A DNA stretch of 64,000 nucleotides. Origin: the human T2T-CHM13v2.0 reference genome, Homo sapiens. The stretch's first letter is position 1. Each line of letters opens with the position of its first letter. The DNA lies in the NCBI RefSeq assembly GCF_009914755.1, contig NC_060944.1; one strand, 5' to 3'. Positions 12,390-24,311 of this stretch are shown piece after piece. Below the pieces are notes generated by a model. It saw nothing but the letters and a program-made list of their open reading frames with translations, searched no databases and was not told the origin of the DNA. A program made the position numbers and the translations under genes.

Positions 12390-13358
12390 TGTAACAGAAG
12401 CTCTTTAATCTCCATCTGTTTATTTACGTGAACAAGATTCACCCTGCTTACAGCAACAAAATCAAAATTTTTTCAAAAGGGGGATAATGTTGAGGCCGAA
12501 ACCTGTCTCCTTATGATAGTAAGCAACAGTCATCCACGAATACATGAATTAATTGAGAAAACAGCCCCACGGCTGTTATGTTTCTCTGATCAATGGTGCA
12601 CTACTCACTATCGTTAATGATAACTAAATTCAGAATCACATGTTTAACATTTAAAGCTTTACAGGAACAGAACTCTGGATATTATCCGTTTTTAATTTAT
12701 ACATGTTTTTGTTGCAGTATGATCAATACAAGACTTCCAAGCATAAAAGTAAGATACACTCCCATCAAAGTTGGCTAGAGGAGTAGAAGTTCTAGGAGAA
12801 AAAGGCAAAATTTCCAACAATTAGAGCTGAGTTTTCATGCATTTTTAAAATCAATCGTGGTGGGTATCAATCATTATGGTATTGAGTTTCCACTAGACAC
12901 ACGTTAAAATTGATGTAATAGTCTTCTTTTAGAATATAAATATTCAGTATTTCTGATACAATGATTTAAACTTATGATTAAAAAATAAGGTGTTAAAAAT
13001 GTGAGAAGGTACATGGATTTTTAAATGGAGGAGAAAATGGAAGGGATGAGTGTGGAAAACCTAGTAGGGGCAGATATTTACATGGGCTTCACTTGCTGTT
13101 CATGTGGCTGGGACGTCAAGGGATGAAATAAGATAAGATTCTAGAAGGTGTCCTCGACAGCCCTCATCGAGTGCCTGATGACAAGGTAGTAATGTGCCGT
13201 TCGAAGAGAAAATTGCTGGGTGGTCAGAATAGGCCTCCTAGAGCCAACTGGAGATCCAGGGCTGGGCAGGCACAGAGGTGGATTTGAATATGTCGGGAGG
13301 AAGCTGCCTGGACCTTTAGAAAGAGGAAATTCACAAAGCCCTAAGAGGCTCTCATTTT

Positions 13359-13392
13359 CAACAACAACAACAACAACAAAAACAATAATAAC
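13359..13392. repeat. (CAA)n microsatellite
   Basis: Seen directly. Confidence 0.85.
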
Positions 13393-13404
13393 ATTGTTGT
13401 GATT

Positions 13405-13640
13405 CAATACTTATTGAATACTATTACTTTCCAGGGACTGGGATAAGCAGTATATATTGATGTCTACATTGGTATCTCACTCAACCTAATCCTTAAAGAG
13501 AGAATCTCTATCATGATGGTTATCATCACCAACTTATAGATGAGGAAACTGGTTGCCTTGCCCAGATCACTCACCAGCTGCTGAATGGTAGAGCTAGAAT
13601 TTCAACAGTAATCCTCAGTCCTCCAATTCCAGCACCATCC
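13405..13640 (-). mobile_element. MIR
   Basis: ACTTATTGAATAC...TTATAGATGAGGAAACTG...TTGCCCAGATCAC. Confidence 0.7.
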
Positions 13641-13721
13641 TTTAGTCACCGCACCGTATTACTTGCCTCTCTTTTGTTTGGTTGGTTGATCACTTATATA
13701 GTCATCCAATCTTTCTTTTGT

Positions 13722-14288
13722 GGCCACAGGTGTGTGAACCAGAGCGACTCCATCTTGAATAGCAACTCCATCTTGAATAGGGGCTGGGTAAAATGAGGCT
13801 GAGACCTGCTGGGCTGTATTCCCAGGAGGCCAGGCATTCTTAGTCACAGGATGTTTACTGTTAAGGGAACAGAAACAGACCCAGAACTTAACAGATGCAG
13901 GAAATGTTTTGACATCCTGATATCTTAAGAACAAAAGCAGTCCTACTTTAAGAATAAGTCTTGCTTTAAAAATAGTAATATAGACTCTTGGGAAGGACAG
14001 TAGTTACACAACGATTAGCAATCCTTTATCACAAACCCCTGTAGTGGAGCATATCTTCCCCATGATGTTTGTTATCTTATATCTAATCAAGCCTTGCACC
14101 TAAGGTGGGGGCATTCCACCTCTTTCAGGAATGTCCTGCTCTGTCTCTGGTACAGCCACTCTTTCATTCCTTTACTTCCTTAATAAACTTGCTTTCACTC
14201 TACTCTGTGGACTCACCCCAAATTCTTTCTTGTGCGAGATCCAAGAACCCTCTCTTGGGGTCTGGATTGGAACCCCTTTCTGATAACA
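13722..14288 (+). mobile_element. MER41 (C/D-like) ERV1 solo LTR
   Basis: GTGTGAACCAGAGCGACTCCATCTTGAATAG...AATAAACTTGCTTTCAC...GAGATCCAAGAACCCTCTCTTGGGGTCTGGA...TAACA; middle region differs from the 11775 copy. Confidence 0.9.
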
Positions 14289-14789
14289 ATAAGGCAAATA
14301 ATCGTTGAGCACAGACTGTGTGCTGGGCACTTTGCAAGATAGCTTTGTCGATACATCTTAATGTTGGAGAGTCCTCATCCGTACTTATTTCCTTGTGGAA
14401 GCCTGCTTTAATGCTGTTAAATTCTTTCCTTCTGTCTTGGGAAGGAAGGCAACACGCCTTTCAGAGCCTTGGAAGATGAGCCTTTTTCTCTTTGCTTTTC
14501 TTTCCCTCATTCTCCAACTTCAGGGCCCAGCTCCCAAGCCCAGTCTACCCCGGCCAGTCCCTGAGTGTCTGCCCCCACTCAGAACCCTTTTCCACATCAC
14601 TCAGTCTCCAGCCCATGGAGCTCTGGCCAATCAGCACCCACGTGGAGACGTCTTTCTAATCAGACTTTTCAGTGCAGCTACACATTAACCTCAAGTCTCT
14701 CTTCCTCTGCTCAAAGATTCTAGCTCAGTGCTGAGCAAAATGGTCTCTGTGTTCATTGAGATTACATTCTGCTGTGAGTTTCCAAATAG

Positions 14790-15540
14790 GAAAAAATGAC
14801 AGTATTATATTAATATCTTAAACAGGATAAAAATATATTTCTATGTTCTATAAATGTGGACAGTCCAGGGCTGGTACAGTGGCTCCTGTGATGTCGAGGA
14901 TCAGGCCCCTTCTAGCTTGCTCTGCAATGCCCTGCAATGCCCTGCATGAGGCTTCTCACTCATAGTTCAAGGTGTCTGCTCCAGATCTGTCACCCAAGTC
15001 CATGGGCCAGCCAGCAGATGGAGGGAGGGGATGCTCTGTCTCTTTAAAATACTTAGAATTTGAACACAGCACCTAGGTTTATATTCCACTAACTAGAAGT
15101 TGGTAATCTGGTCACAAATACCTACAAAGTCAGCTAAAATGTGTTCTCAGTGGCTAGATAAAGGTCTAGGATTCTATGACTATAGACAAAAGAGATGAAG
15201 AGATAATGGATTTTTTTTTTTTTTTTTTGAGACAGGGTCTTACTCTGTCACCCAGGCTGGAGTGCAGTGGTATGAAGATGACTCACTACAGCCTCTACCT
15301 TCCAGGCTCAAGCAATCCTCCTGCCTCAGCCTCCTGAATAGCTGGGACTGCAGGTGTGCGCTACCACGTCTGCCTAATTTAATTTTTGGAGAGACAGCAT
15401 CTCACCATTTGCCCAGGCTGGTCTCGAACTCCTGGGCTCAAGCAACCTTTCCGCCTTGGCCTCCCAAAGGGCTGGGATTACAGGTGTGAGCCACAGTGAC
15501 CAGCCAAGAGATTTTCAGGGACAATCAGTAGGGTCCACCA
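14790..15540 (-). mobile_element. MLT1J/L-type MaLR LTR, interrupted by Alu
   Basis: GTCCAGGGCTGGTACAGTGGCTCC...TCATAGTTCAAGGTGTCTGCTCCAG. Confidence 0.6.
15211..15505 (-). mobile_element. AluJ
   Basis: Poly(T), GAGACAGGGTCTTACTCTGTCACCCAGGC; J-type GGCTCAAGCAATCCTCC. Confidence 0.95.
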
Positions 15541-16124
15541 GAGCAGCCAATGCATTCTGTTCACTTTACCCTGACATTGTCCTCTACCCCTAGCCCTCTG
15601 GTCTCACTTCCCATGGGTTTCAGGGACCAGAGCACAGAGTCTCTCTGTGAGCAGCCCTCCTCCCTATCCCTCAGGAAAATCCTATCTTGGTAGTTACTAA
15701 TATCAATATCAAGTATTATACAGAGACTTGTTCTCTTCCAACTTGTAACATTTAGAATTGGTGAGAACATGGTCACAGATGGGTTCTTCATTGATTTATA
15801 ATCAAATTCTCTTATTGTCAAGCAAAAATGACTGTTTTCTGCTCAGTCTGTCAGTTGCTGCAGGGAAGTGATAAGGAAAGGCTCTTCTGTGTCAGTCACC
15901 TAAGTGGTGGCTACGCAGTGCCCACCACCTGTTTAGACGAGGAAGAGATGAGCACCTGTCTCAGGGTCCTCTGTCGAGAGGGTCCACTCTAGCTATTTAA
16001 GCAGAAAAGGAATTTAGGAAATGGCACTGGGGAGGTCACAGACTCTCCAGAAGAGACAGCAAATCAGGATTCTTGAAGTCTGTGCAGCTGGGAATAATGT
16101 CGGAACGACACCATGGAACCCACC

Positions 16125-16273
16125 CTAGAGACCACAGATGTGTGCTGCCACACTCAACTAACTTTTAAATTATTTAAAATTTTTTGTAGAGATGAGGTCT
16201 TGCCATGTTGCCCAGGCTGGTCTCAAACTCCTGGGATCAAGAGATCCCGCCTTGGCCTCCAAAGTGCCAGAAT
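16125..16273 (-). mobile_element. AluJ fragment (mostly left arm)
   Basis: TTTTTGTAGAGATGAGGTCTTGCCATGTTGCCCAGGCTGGTCTCAAACTCCTGGG. Confidence 0.85.
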
Positions 16274-17514
16274 CTCAGTCTCTTCTAACTCTAGAATTCT
16301 ATGACCTCTAGGACCAGCATGTGGAGACCTGGAAAAGATAGATTTAGAAGCTGGCAAAAGAGCCAACTCTCTGATTTCCTCTTGCGTTCAGATTTCATCC
16401 AACCATCCATCCCCCAGGAGACGCTCATCAGTCCTTGAAGAATGCACCTCCTGATTACAATCAGATATTTTCCAAGTGCCAGCTGGAGATTAACTGATGG
16501 GAAGTCTCAGGTCATAGAGGATATTGGGCCACATCTGTCACTCCATGGGGAATTGTCATTTCTGCTCAGTACTGAGGAGCTACGACCTGGGGACAGAAAA
16601 ACCGGAGGAATTGCAAATTTAAAACACACACAGGGAGCCTAACTGGTGGTATCTGAATTAGAGCACATTTTGTCCCTATAGTCCAAGTTGGAGGCACTGA
16701 TGAGCAGCCCAATTTTGTAAGGGTCTCAAATATTTACTTAAAGAATAGTATAGTATAAATACCTGCATTAAATCCAATTGCTGTCACTATTAAAAATGTC
16801 ATACGATTGTTTATTTCTACTGCTTGCTCAGAAAGCAACCCATGCTTGACAAAGGCCTGCTATTTATAAGAAGGTGCACAGAAATGAACAGTATTAAATT
16901 TGGTGCCTGTTTATTCCTCCAAGCTACCCATACACCCTGCTTTACACTGAAATGCTTTCTCCATGTTTATCCACATTGTTTCTTTCCAAGTAAAACTTAT
17001 TACACAGATTCCTCGGGGTATTTTTTTTCTTTTCTTGATTCTGGTTAAATAAACTATTGATTTTGTTTTCAAGGTAACTTAAGGGGGAGTAATACAGTTC
17101 TAATTTGATAAGTACAATTGTAATGCATTCAAAGTAAACACACTTTAGGGGTTCAACTAGGACTTATTTTAAAAAGAAAGCAAATCAATCAATGATTGGC
17201 TACTATGGCGATTTTAGGGTGGGCTGGATGGGGATGAAACTGCATTGGACATTAATACTGCAGAGACAAATTATCAAAAGGAAAATTGACATTAGAGGCC
17301 ATGGAAAGCTCTTCCAAAGACATGTACCCTTCAAGGATGAATTAACACTGGGTTTCTTCGGGAGCACGGAAGTAAACTGCAATTTTTGAGAAGCTAAAAG
17401 AATTTTTTCTAGATGGACCAGGAAAGTCTGCAAGAGTATTTGCAGGGTGGCCAGTCTACTTTTCCACTCTAAGACAATGAACATCAGTCTTCAAAGAGGC
17501 ACATTCTAGCTACC

Positions 17515-17976
17515 AGGATACACTTGGTTGTAGGTGGCCAGAAACCCAAGTCCACCTGGCTTCAGATAAGGAAAAGAATCTATGGCCTCCTGCCAAGGAA
17601 AAGCCAGTGATAGAGCTGGCCTTGGGCACATCCAATTCCAGAGGGTAAAACCTTGTTATCACATTTCTATCTGTCTCAGAGTGACTTTGCTGGATTGAAA
17701 TTGCACTGAGACAGATGCCATCCCCTGGTGGCTCAGAAGCCTCAGTTTTACACCTCCCACCCTGTCCCCCAGCAGAGGTCCAGGATGAGGTCTGATTGGC
17801 TCTGACTCGGTCACGTGCCATTCCTGAACCAATCATTGTGGGCAGAGTCATGTGAAACCTCATTGGCCAAGCCTGAGTCACATGATCACCCTGGCACAGA
17901 CCGGAGACCAGCAAAGCTGTGTTTTCTAGAGCAAGCTCAAGAGTGTGGCTTCAGAAGCATGGGGGTGAATGCTGGG
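17515..17976 (-). mobile_element. MLT1K-type MaLR LTR
   Basis: CTTGGTTGTAGGTGGCCAGAAACCCAA; TCTGATTGGC..GGTCACGTGCCATTCCTGAACCAATCA. Confidence 0.7.
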
Positions 17977-18380
17977 TGTGTTAGTCCGTTTTTGCATTGC
18001 TGTAAATAAATACCTGAGGCTGGGTAATTTTTAAGGAAAAGAAGCTTAATTCACTCGTGGCGCTGCAGGCCGTACAGAAAGTGTGTTGCCAGCATCTGCC
18101 TCTCACGAGGCCTCAGGAAGCTTCCAATCATAGGGGAAGGTGAAAGGGAGCCGGGGCATTACATGGTGAGAGAAGGAGCAAGGTGCGGGGGACGTGCCAT
18201 ATTCTTGTAAACAATCCATTCTCAGAGCAAGAACTCGCTCATTACCAAGGGGATGGCGCTCAGCCCTTGGCAAGATATCCACCCCCATGATCCAGTCACC
18301 TCCCACCTGGCCCCACCTCCAACATTGGAGGTCACATTTCAACATGAGATTTGAAGGGGACAAACATCCAAACCATATCA
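17977..18380 (-). mobile_element. MSTB-type MaLR solo LTR
   Basis: TGTGTTAGTCCGTTTTTGCATTGCTGTAAATAAATACCTGAGGCTGGG...AACATCCAAACCATATCA. Confidence 0.9.
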
Positions 18381-18961
18381 CTCCGCAGGTACAAGGCACC
18401 TGTCCACTCACGCCCATCCGGGCATGTCATCATCCAGAGTCAACCCGAAGTCCTTGAGCCCTTTGACTCTACTGACCTTTGGGTGCCTGGATCGCAGTAG
18501 TCCCGACCTCTGCCCCCACCACCACAAATGCAGGCTGCTCTCAGAGCCTCTGCTACCAGAACTTGGCTTCTGCCCACATCCCTCCCTTTCTCCACACTTC
18601 AGCTCCGACACCTGTCCCACGTGCCCTCTACTGACCTCAACTCATTCTGCTTTCCTCTCTCATGTACTAACTGGGGTTCCAGCTGTGTCACCATTCAAGC
18701 ATCTGAGCTCCCTGACCCATGTGTTGTCTCTGACATCAGCCAGCCGAGGGCCAGCTAGCACGTGGGCGAGAACTGCCTGCCAAGAACAGCCCTGCTCCCT
18801 TGACCACATCAGGAAATACCGAACATGAACCCATTGTTTGCTCTGTGAATTGTGCCTCTGGACTCAGGCTAAATGCAGTAAAACTGTATGTCAGTCAGGT
18901 TTCGTGGAAACAGAAGGAAAGAGGTACTTTGCATGTATATTTATTGTATTACGTTATACTA

Positions 18962-19325
18962 CAGATGCTCTTCAATTTACAATGAGGTTACATCCTGATT
19001 AACCCATCATAAAGTTGAAAATATCATTAAATTAAAAATGTATTTAATACACCTAACCTACCAAACATCGTAGCTTAGCCTAGCCTACCTTACATGTGCT
19101 GAGAACACTTACATTTGCCTATAGTTGGGCAAAATCAGCGAACACAAAGCCTATTTTGTTAAAAAGTGTTGAATATTTCATGTAATTTATTGAATTTATT
19201 GAAGTGAAAAACGGAATGGTTGTACGGCTACTCAAAATGCAGTTTCTGCTCAATGCATATCACTTTCATACTATCATAAAGTTGAAAAATTGTAAGTCAA
19301 ACTATCATAAGTTGGAGACCATCTG
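18962..19325 (+). mobile_element. MER47A TcMar-Tigger MITE, full length
   Basis: CAGATGCTC...CCATCTG termini flanked by TA on both sides; internal TAGCTTAGCCTAGCCTACCTTA. Confidence 0.92.
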
Positions 19326-19472
19326 TACATTGAATATGTGCATATATATGAATATGTATGTGTGTATATATACACATATGCCCTAAAATTATAGAATACA
19401 GCAAAGAGTATTCTTTCTACTAGTATTGAAGATTCAGCCACGTATAGATTACAGGACAGAACCACAGTATGA

Positions 19473-19553
19473 GATCACTCTTAAACATACACAAAGATTT
19501 ATTTATGGATTTATTTATGGATCACTCTTAAACATACACAAAGATTTATTTAT
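19473..19553. repeat. Perfect 34-bp direct duplication with 13-bp spacer
   Basis: GATCACTCTTAAACATACACAAAGATTTATTTAT at 19473-19506 and 19520-19553. Confidence 0.95.
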
Positions 19554-19569
19554 CATCTTCCTCCTTCTC

Positions 19570-19765
19570 ATCATAGCTAATATTATTGAGCACCTTTCTA
19601 AGCCCTTTACATTTTTAATGTCATTTACTTCTTTTATCAATCCTCTGAAATAAGTGCCACATTTCTCTTCTTGATTTACACATGAGGAAACTGAGGCACA
19701 AAGAAATTCAGTGACTTTCCCAAAATCATGTGGCTGGTAAGCGATGGAGTCAGGTGCATGGTAAG
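19570..19765 (-). mobile_element. MIR
   Basis: TTATTGAGCAC...TTTACACATGAGGAAACTGAGGCACAAAGA. Confidence 0.8.
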
Positions 19766-19777
19766 ATTGACATTTTT

Positions 19778-20082
19778 TCACCTTGTGAAGTTGGGGGTGG
19801 TCATGTGATCTGTTCTAGCCAATGGAATGTGATGGGAAGTGTGTATGTTGCCTGGGGAAGATGCCATTACCATCCAGTACTGTAAATGTTTTGCATTCTT
19901 ACCTTGCTGACACATCCTAGATAGCGGAGGAGCTGCCATCACAGGCATATGAGTGAAAGTGTTGTGGAGTAGACATCCCCACTGTCCTGAGATGGATATG
20001 GATTTGAACAATAAATAATCCTTGTTTCTTGAAGCTACTGAAATTACGGCTTTTCCCTTTTATGTTACTGCAGAATAACACC
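19778..20082 (+). mobile_element. MLT1I/J-type MaLR LTR
   Basis: GGTCATGTGATCTGTTCTAGCCAATGGAATGTG; GAAGCTACTGAAATT. Confidence 0.65.
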
Positions 20083-20241
20083 AGATTTCAAAGAGGACTT
20101 GAGCCTCATGCAAATGTTTTCATTATTTTTAATAAGGGAAATGTATTCATGTGTCATTTGTGTCATTAAAGTGGCACTTCATAAAAAGGAACCTAAGGTG
20201 TTATAATGGCAGTAGAATTAATCCTTAGCCTCTGTCCCTAA

Positions 20242-20669
20242 TGTCTTACTCCATTTTATGTTGCTGTAAAGGAATACCTAAGGCTGGGCAATTTATTAAC
20301 AACAACAACAACAAATAAAACATTTATGTGGCTCCCAATTCTGCTGTCTGGAAAAGTTCAAGACTGGGTATCTAATGAGGGCCTCAGGCAGCTTCCACTC
20401 ACGGGGGCAAGTGAAGGAGAACTGGCATGTGCAGAGATCCACAGTGGGAGAGGAAGCAAGGCGGAGGGGAGTGTCAGACCCCTTTTAGCAACCAACTATA
20501 TGGGGAACTAATAGAGGGAGAACCTACTGTCCTCCCCAGGGAGGGAATTAATCTATTAATGAGGGACCCACCCCCATGACCTAAGCACCTCCCATTAGGC
20601 CCCACGTTCAACACTGAGGATCAAATTTCAACATAAGGTTTGGAGGGGACAAATATCTAAACCATAGCA
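20242..20669 (-). mobile_element. MSTB1/B2-type MaLR solo LTR
   Basis: TGTCTTACTCCATTTTATGTTGCTGTAAAGGAATACC...AAACCATAGCA; TSD CCTAA/ACTAA. Confidence 0.9.
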
Positions 20670-20929
20670 ACTAATAAATTAAGACATTCCACATATCTGT
20701 GTGTTCTCAATGGTTAATGATTAATCATTAAAACCTCACTCTGTATTTAAAGAATTGTGGCTGTAAAACTTTCTAAAAGGTTACACCAGTGTTCATTGCT
20801 CTATTCTTTTAAGCCTTCTAGTATTTTTTAAGGTAAGATATTCAGCTATGTCTTCTTAAAGTGTAATTTAACTTCTCCACTGTTGATGTTAAAGAAAATG
20901 ATCTTTTATGATCAAAAGCTTCTATAGCA

Positions 20930-21420
20930 GCTGCTCTGTGCCAGGCATGTTGTGAATGCTTTACATATATTAACTCTTTTAAACCTGACAATAGCCCTTT
21001 CAGTCAGGTATTATTATTGCCTATCCCAAAGTTAGTGAGTTAAAGAGCCTGACTTTGGTCCTAGGCAGTCTAGTTCAGCGTCCTCACCTTTAATGACCAT
21101 GTTACTCTGTCTATCTACACCCCAGGGATCAAGAACAGTGTTTGCTCCAAAATAGTTCACTAATGATTATTATTTGAGTTAATGAGCAAGTGAATGAATG
21201 AACTGCACTTCCCAAAGTCTTTTCATTTACATTATTTCATTTAAATGTTGCAGCAACCCATTGTTCATTGACTGTGTGGCTAGTATCCCCAGGTTACCAA
21301 CGAGAAAACTGAGTCCTGGCAAGGTGGAAGGTCAAGTTACCCCACTGGGAGGTAGCAGAGCTGGGCCTCAAATACAAAGCATTTTAACTGCTAGTTCATT
21401 GCTCTTTCCACTTCTATATA
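20930..21420. mobile_element. Cluster of MIR (-), L2 tail (+) and MIR (-) fragments
   Basis: TGTGCCAGGCATGTTGTGAATGCTTTACAT; AAGAACAGTG..TGAATGAATGAA; GAGAAAACTGAGTC. Confidence 0.6.
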
Positions 21421-22399
21421 ATTAAGGAGACTGACTGAGTGCAGACCATAAGTCATTGACATTATTTTTAATCAGTTGGGAGATTCCAGATAAACCATTC
21501 AGATTTCTGATTTGTCTTTAAAGAAGAAGGAGGAGATTTGGCTGCACGGGGCATCATTCCCACAGGCAGCCATCTGTCCCCTGGAGCTGCCACCTCATGG
21601 CCTGCAAGGGTTCATCCACCCCCACAGCAGTCTTCAGAGAGGAGAAATTATCAGGCTCTCTTTACTAAAGAGAAAACTGAGGTCTGGTCCTAATGCTAGA
21701 GGCAGTGGGGTCAGCTCCAGAGCCATCCCTTAAATGTCACCTGTGCTGAGGCTGAGACTGGGGCCTGCAGCATGGACAGGGGAAGGCACAAAACAGGCCT
21801 CAGAGTGAGGAGTGTTTCCTTTCGACTGAGGTTCCTGAGAATGGAGAGAAATATTTTCCCTTTTAAAGGAGATCTGTGCCCGCCCTAATTCTCCAGCTTG
21901 CCAGGAAAAAAAGTGCAGCTGCTGTTCCAGGCCTCAGAACAAATGAAAGCAAAGAAAAGGGTTTCTTTCTTCCCTTGCAGGGGACAGATGACCTTGCTGC
22001 TTCCTCTGAGATGACACCCACGTGGAGGTCTGCATTGGTTCTGTATTTCCCTGCTCTCTCTTGTTGCTTGAGGAAAGTTCTGAGCCGTCTCTGCCATAAT
22101 AAGGCATAGAGGAGGCCTCAAATAGCCTGTCCCGGGCCCCTGGCTGCTTCAGGAAGGACACATTCCTTCTAGAAGAGCATCCTCTTGGCCAGAGTTGCTA
22201 AGAGCCGGCATTCAGACCTTGACCCTTACGACACAGAGAGTGCGCAGAGGGCACAGCTTTCCTGCCTGCTTCCTGAACAATTTCTATTTGCCTCTGCACA
22301 CAGCATTCTGCAGTGGGGTTTAGCAAGGAGAGCAGCTGGGAGCTTCCTTCTTTCTTTCATTCTTCCCTCCCTCCCTCTTTCCTTCCTTTATCCACAATG

Positions 22400-22810
22400 T
22401 CCAATACACATATTCACTAAGTAATTCCTATGTACTAGACACAGGGGTTAAAGCAGAACCTAAATAGAGCCTGCCAGCCCTCATGCCTGGTGCCACACTC
22501 CATGGGGTAGACAACATAAACAAGTTAACAAATAGCACACTGCCACCTGGGGCTAATGGTTTTGAAAGAAAAACAGTAACAGCGATTGTGGTAGAATTAT
22601 GGTGAGTTCTTTCTGAAAGGCATTGGAGAAGGTTTCTCTGAGCTCCCTTCCCCCTCACCCCCCGAATACACACACAGATGGTGAGAAGGAGAGAGCCAGG
22701 TCAAGACCTAGGGGAAGAACATTTCAGGCAGAAGAAACTGCTTGTGCAAAGGCCCTGGGGTAGGAGTTTGCTTTGCCTGTGCAATGAATGGCATGAGGCC
22801 CAGTGCCTAG
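22400..22810 (-). mobile_element. L2
   Basis: GGGGAAGAACATTTCAGGCAGAAGAAACTGCTTGTGCAAAGGCCCTGGGGTAGGA. Confidence 0.75.
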
Positions 22811-23079
22811 AGGGAGGTGGGAGGGGTGGAGAGGTGCCTTGCTGTTGACACCGCCACCCTCGGGGCTTAAGCTGCATTGGAGGCTCCTTCTCCTCCGTCC
22901 TCCTTCCTTTCCCTGTCCTCTCTTTTGGGTCTTCTTTGGGCCTCCCGGCCTGTCTTCATCTCTGTGATTCTCTCCCACTCTCACTGTGTCTGTGTGCATC
23001 ACCCTCTCTCTCTCAGCAGCACAGAGAAACATACTCAAGGGTCAAGGGAACGCCTAAGGCACTAATAGGAATTACTGAA

Positions 23080-23421
<342 letters not shown>

Positions 23422-23729
23422 TCAATCACCTATTCATTCACAAACATTGCTGAAGTCCCTAACCTGTGCCAATCCCTGGGAATATAAAGCTAGTCTGTCT
23501 TCTCAGGAAGCTAGCAGGCTACAGGGGAGATACATGTGCAGATAAAACTTTAAGCACCATTTGACCAGAGCCCCGAAGAGCAAAATGAAAGAGCCCAAGG
23601 GAGTCCTCGGAGGGAGTCCTGAACTCTGCCAGGAAGGTCAGGGGCGTCTGCACAGCGGTGGTGACATTTGACCTGGGGTGGAGTGCGGTGGTGACAGCGT
23701 GGGTGAGAGGTGAGGTGGCTTCCATTCAA

Positions 23730-23912
23730 AGGGGACCCAGGTGAGTAACCAGTGAGTGCATCACTCTGTGACTCAGTTTCCACATCTGTAAAATGGGAGA
23801 TACCAAGCTCAGAGCACCCATGCCCTGGAATTGCTGTGAAAGTTATGAGTTAGGTCACATGGTGCCCACATCAGTACTTGGCACATAGTAAGTGCTCCAC
23901 AAATATTTGTTG
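23730..23912 (+). mobile_element. MIR
   Basis: CTCAGTTTCCACATCTGTAAAATGGGAG...TGGCACATAGTAAGTGCTC. Confidence 0.85.
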
Positions 23913-24149
23913 CATGAGGAAGCACACAAATGGATGAGTTGAAAGCACCTTTCCATGTTTGTACTACGGGTGAGACCAGAACAGAACAAAATTGGTGTTT
24001 TCCCTCCTTAACAATCTCCAAATATGGATCATTCCTCTGATCTGCTCCACTTCCTTTGTTTTGGACAGTCAGTGGAATTCCAGCAGCTGGCATGATGGGA
24101 GGCAAGTTTGATTTTGTTTTAGCCAAAGGCAACACAGGGCAGAATTGAG

Positions 24150-24310
24150 CATGCAGCTTCTGGGGCAGGCTCTGCCACCTCCCAACTATGTGACTTGGGA
24201 GAAAATACTCACGTGCCTGCCTCATTTGTCCCAAATGGGAATAGTCACAGGGTGAAGATTTAAGTAAGTGTAAGGAAGGTGTTGCAGATTCACAGGGTGA
24301 GTGTGCTATA
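24150..24310 (+). mobile_element. MIR
   Basis: GGCTCTGCCAC...CTATGTGACTTGGG...AAATGGGAATA. Confidence 0.6.
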
Positions 24311-24311
24311 G

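Larger units (their letters stand above)
11250..13075 (+). mobile_element. hAT-Charlie DNA transposon remnant (pieces ~11250-11418 and ~12390-13075), split by LTR insertions
   Basis: 12416-12570 translates, with frameshifts, to SVYLREQDS..LTATKSK..VEAETCLLMIVSNSHPRIHELIEK..QPH, resembling the hAT C-terminal dimerisation motif; assignment of the left piece to the same element is from recalled consensus. Confidence 0.6.

Noticed and set aside
11775-14288. Provirus bounded by the two MER41 LTRs
   Set aside because: LTRs are in opposite orientation and of different subfamilies, the first has its own TSD, and no internal gag/pol sequence is seen.
19473-19553. Repeat-spacer-repeat resembling a CRISPR unit
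   Set aside because: Only two copies, the spacer derives from the repeat, the context is primate DNA, and there are no cas genes.
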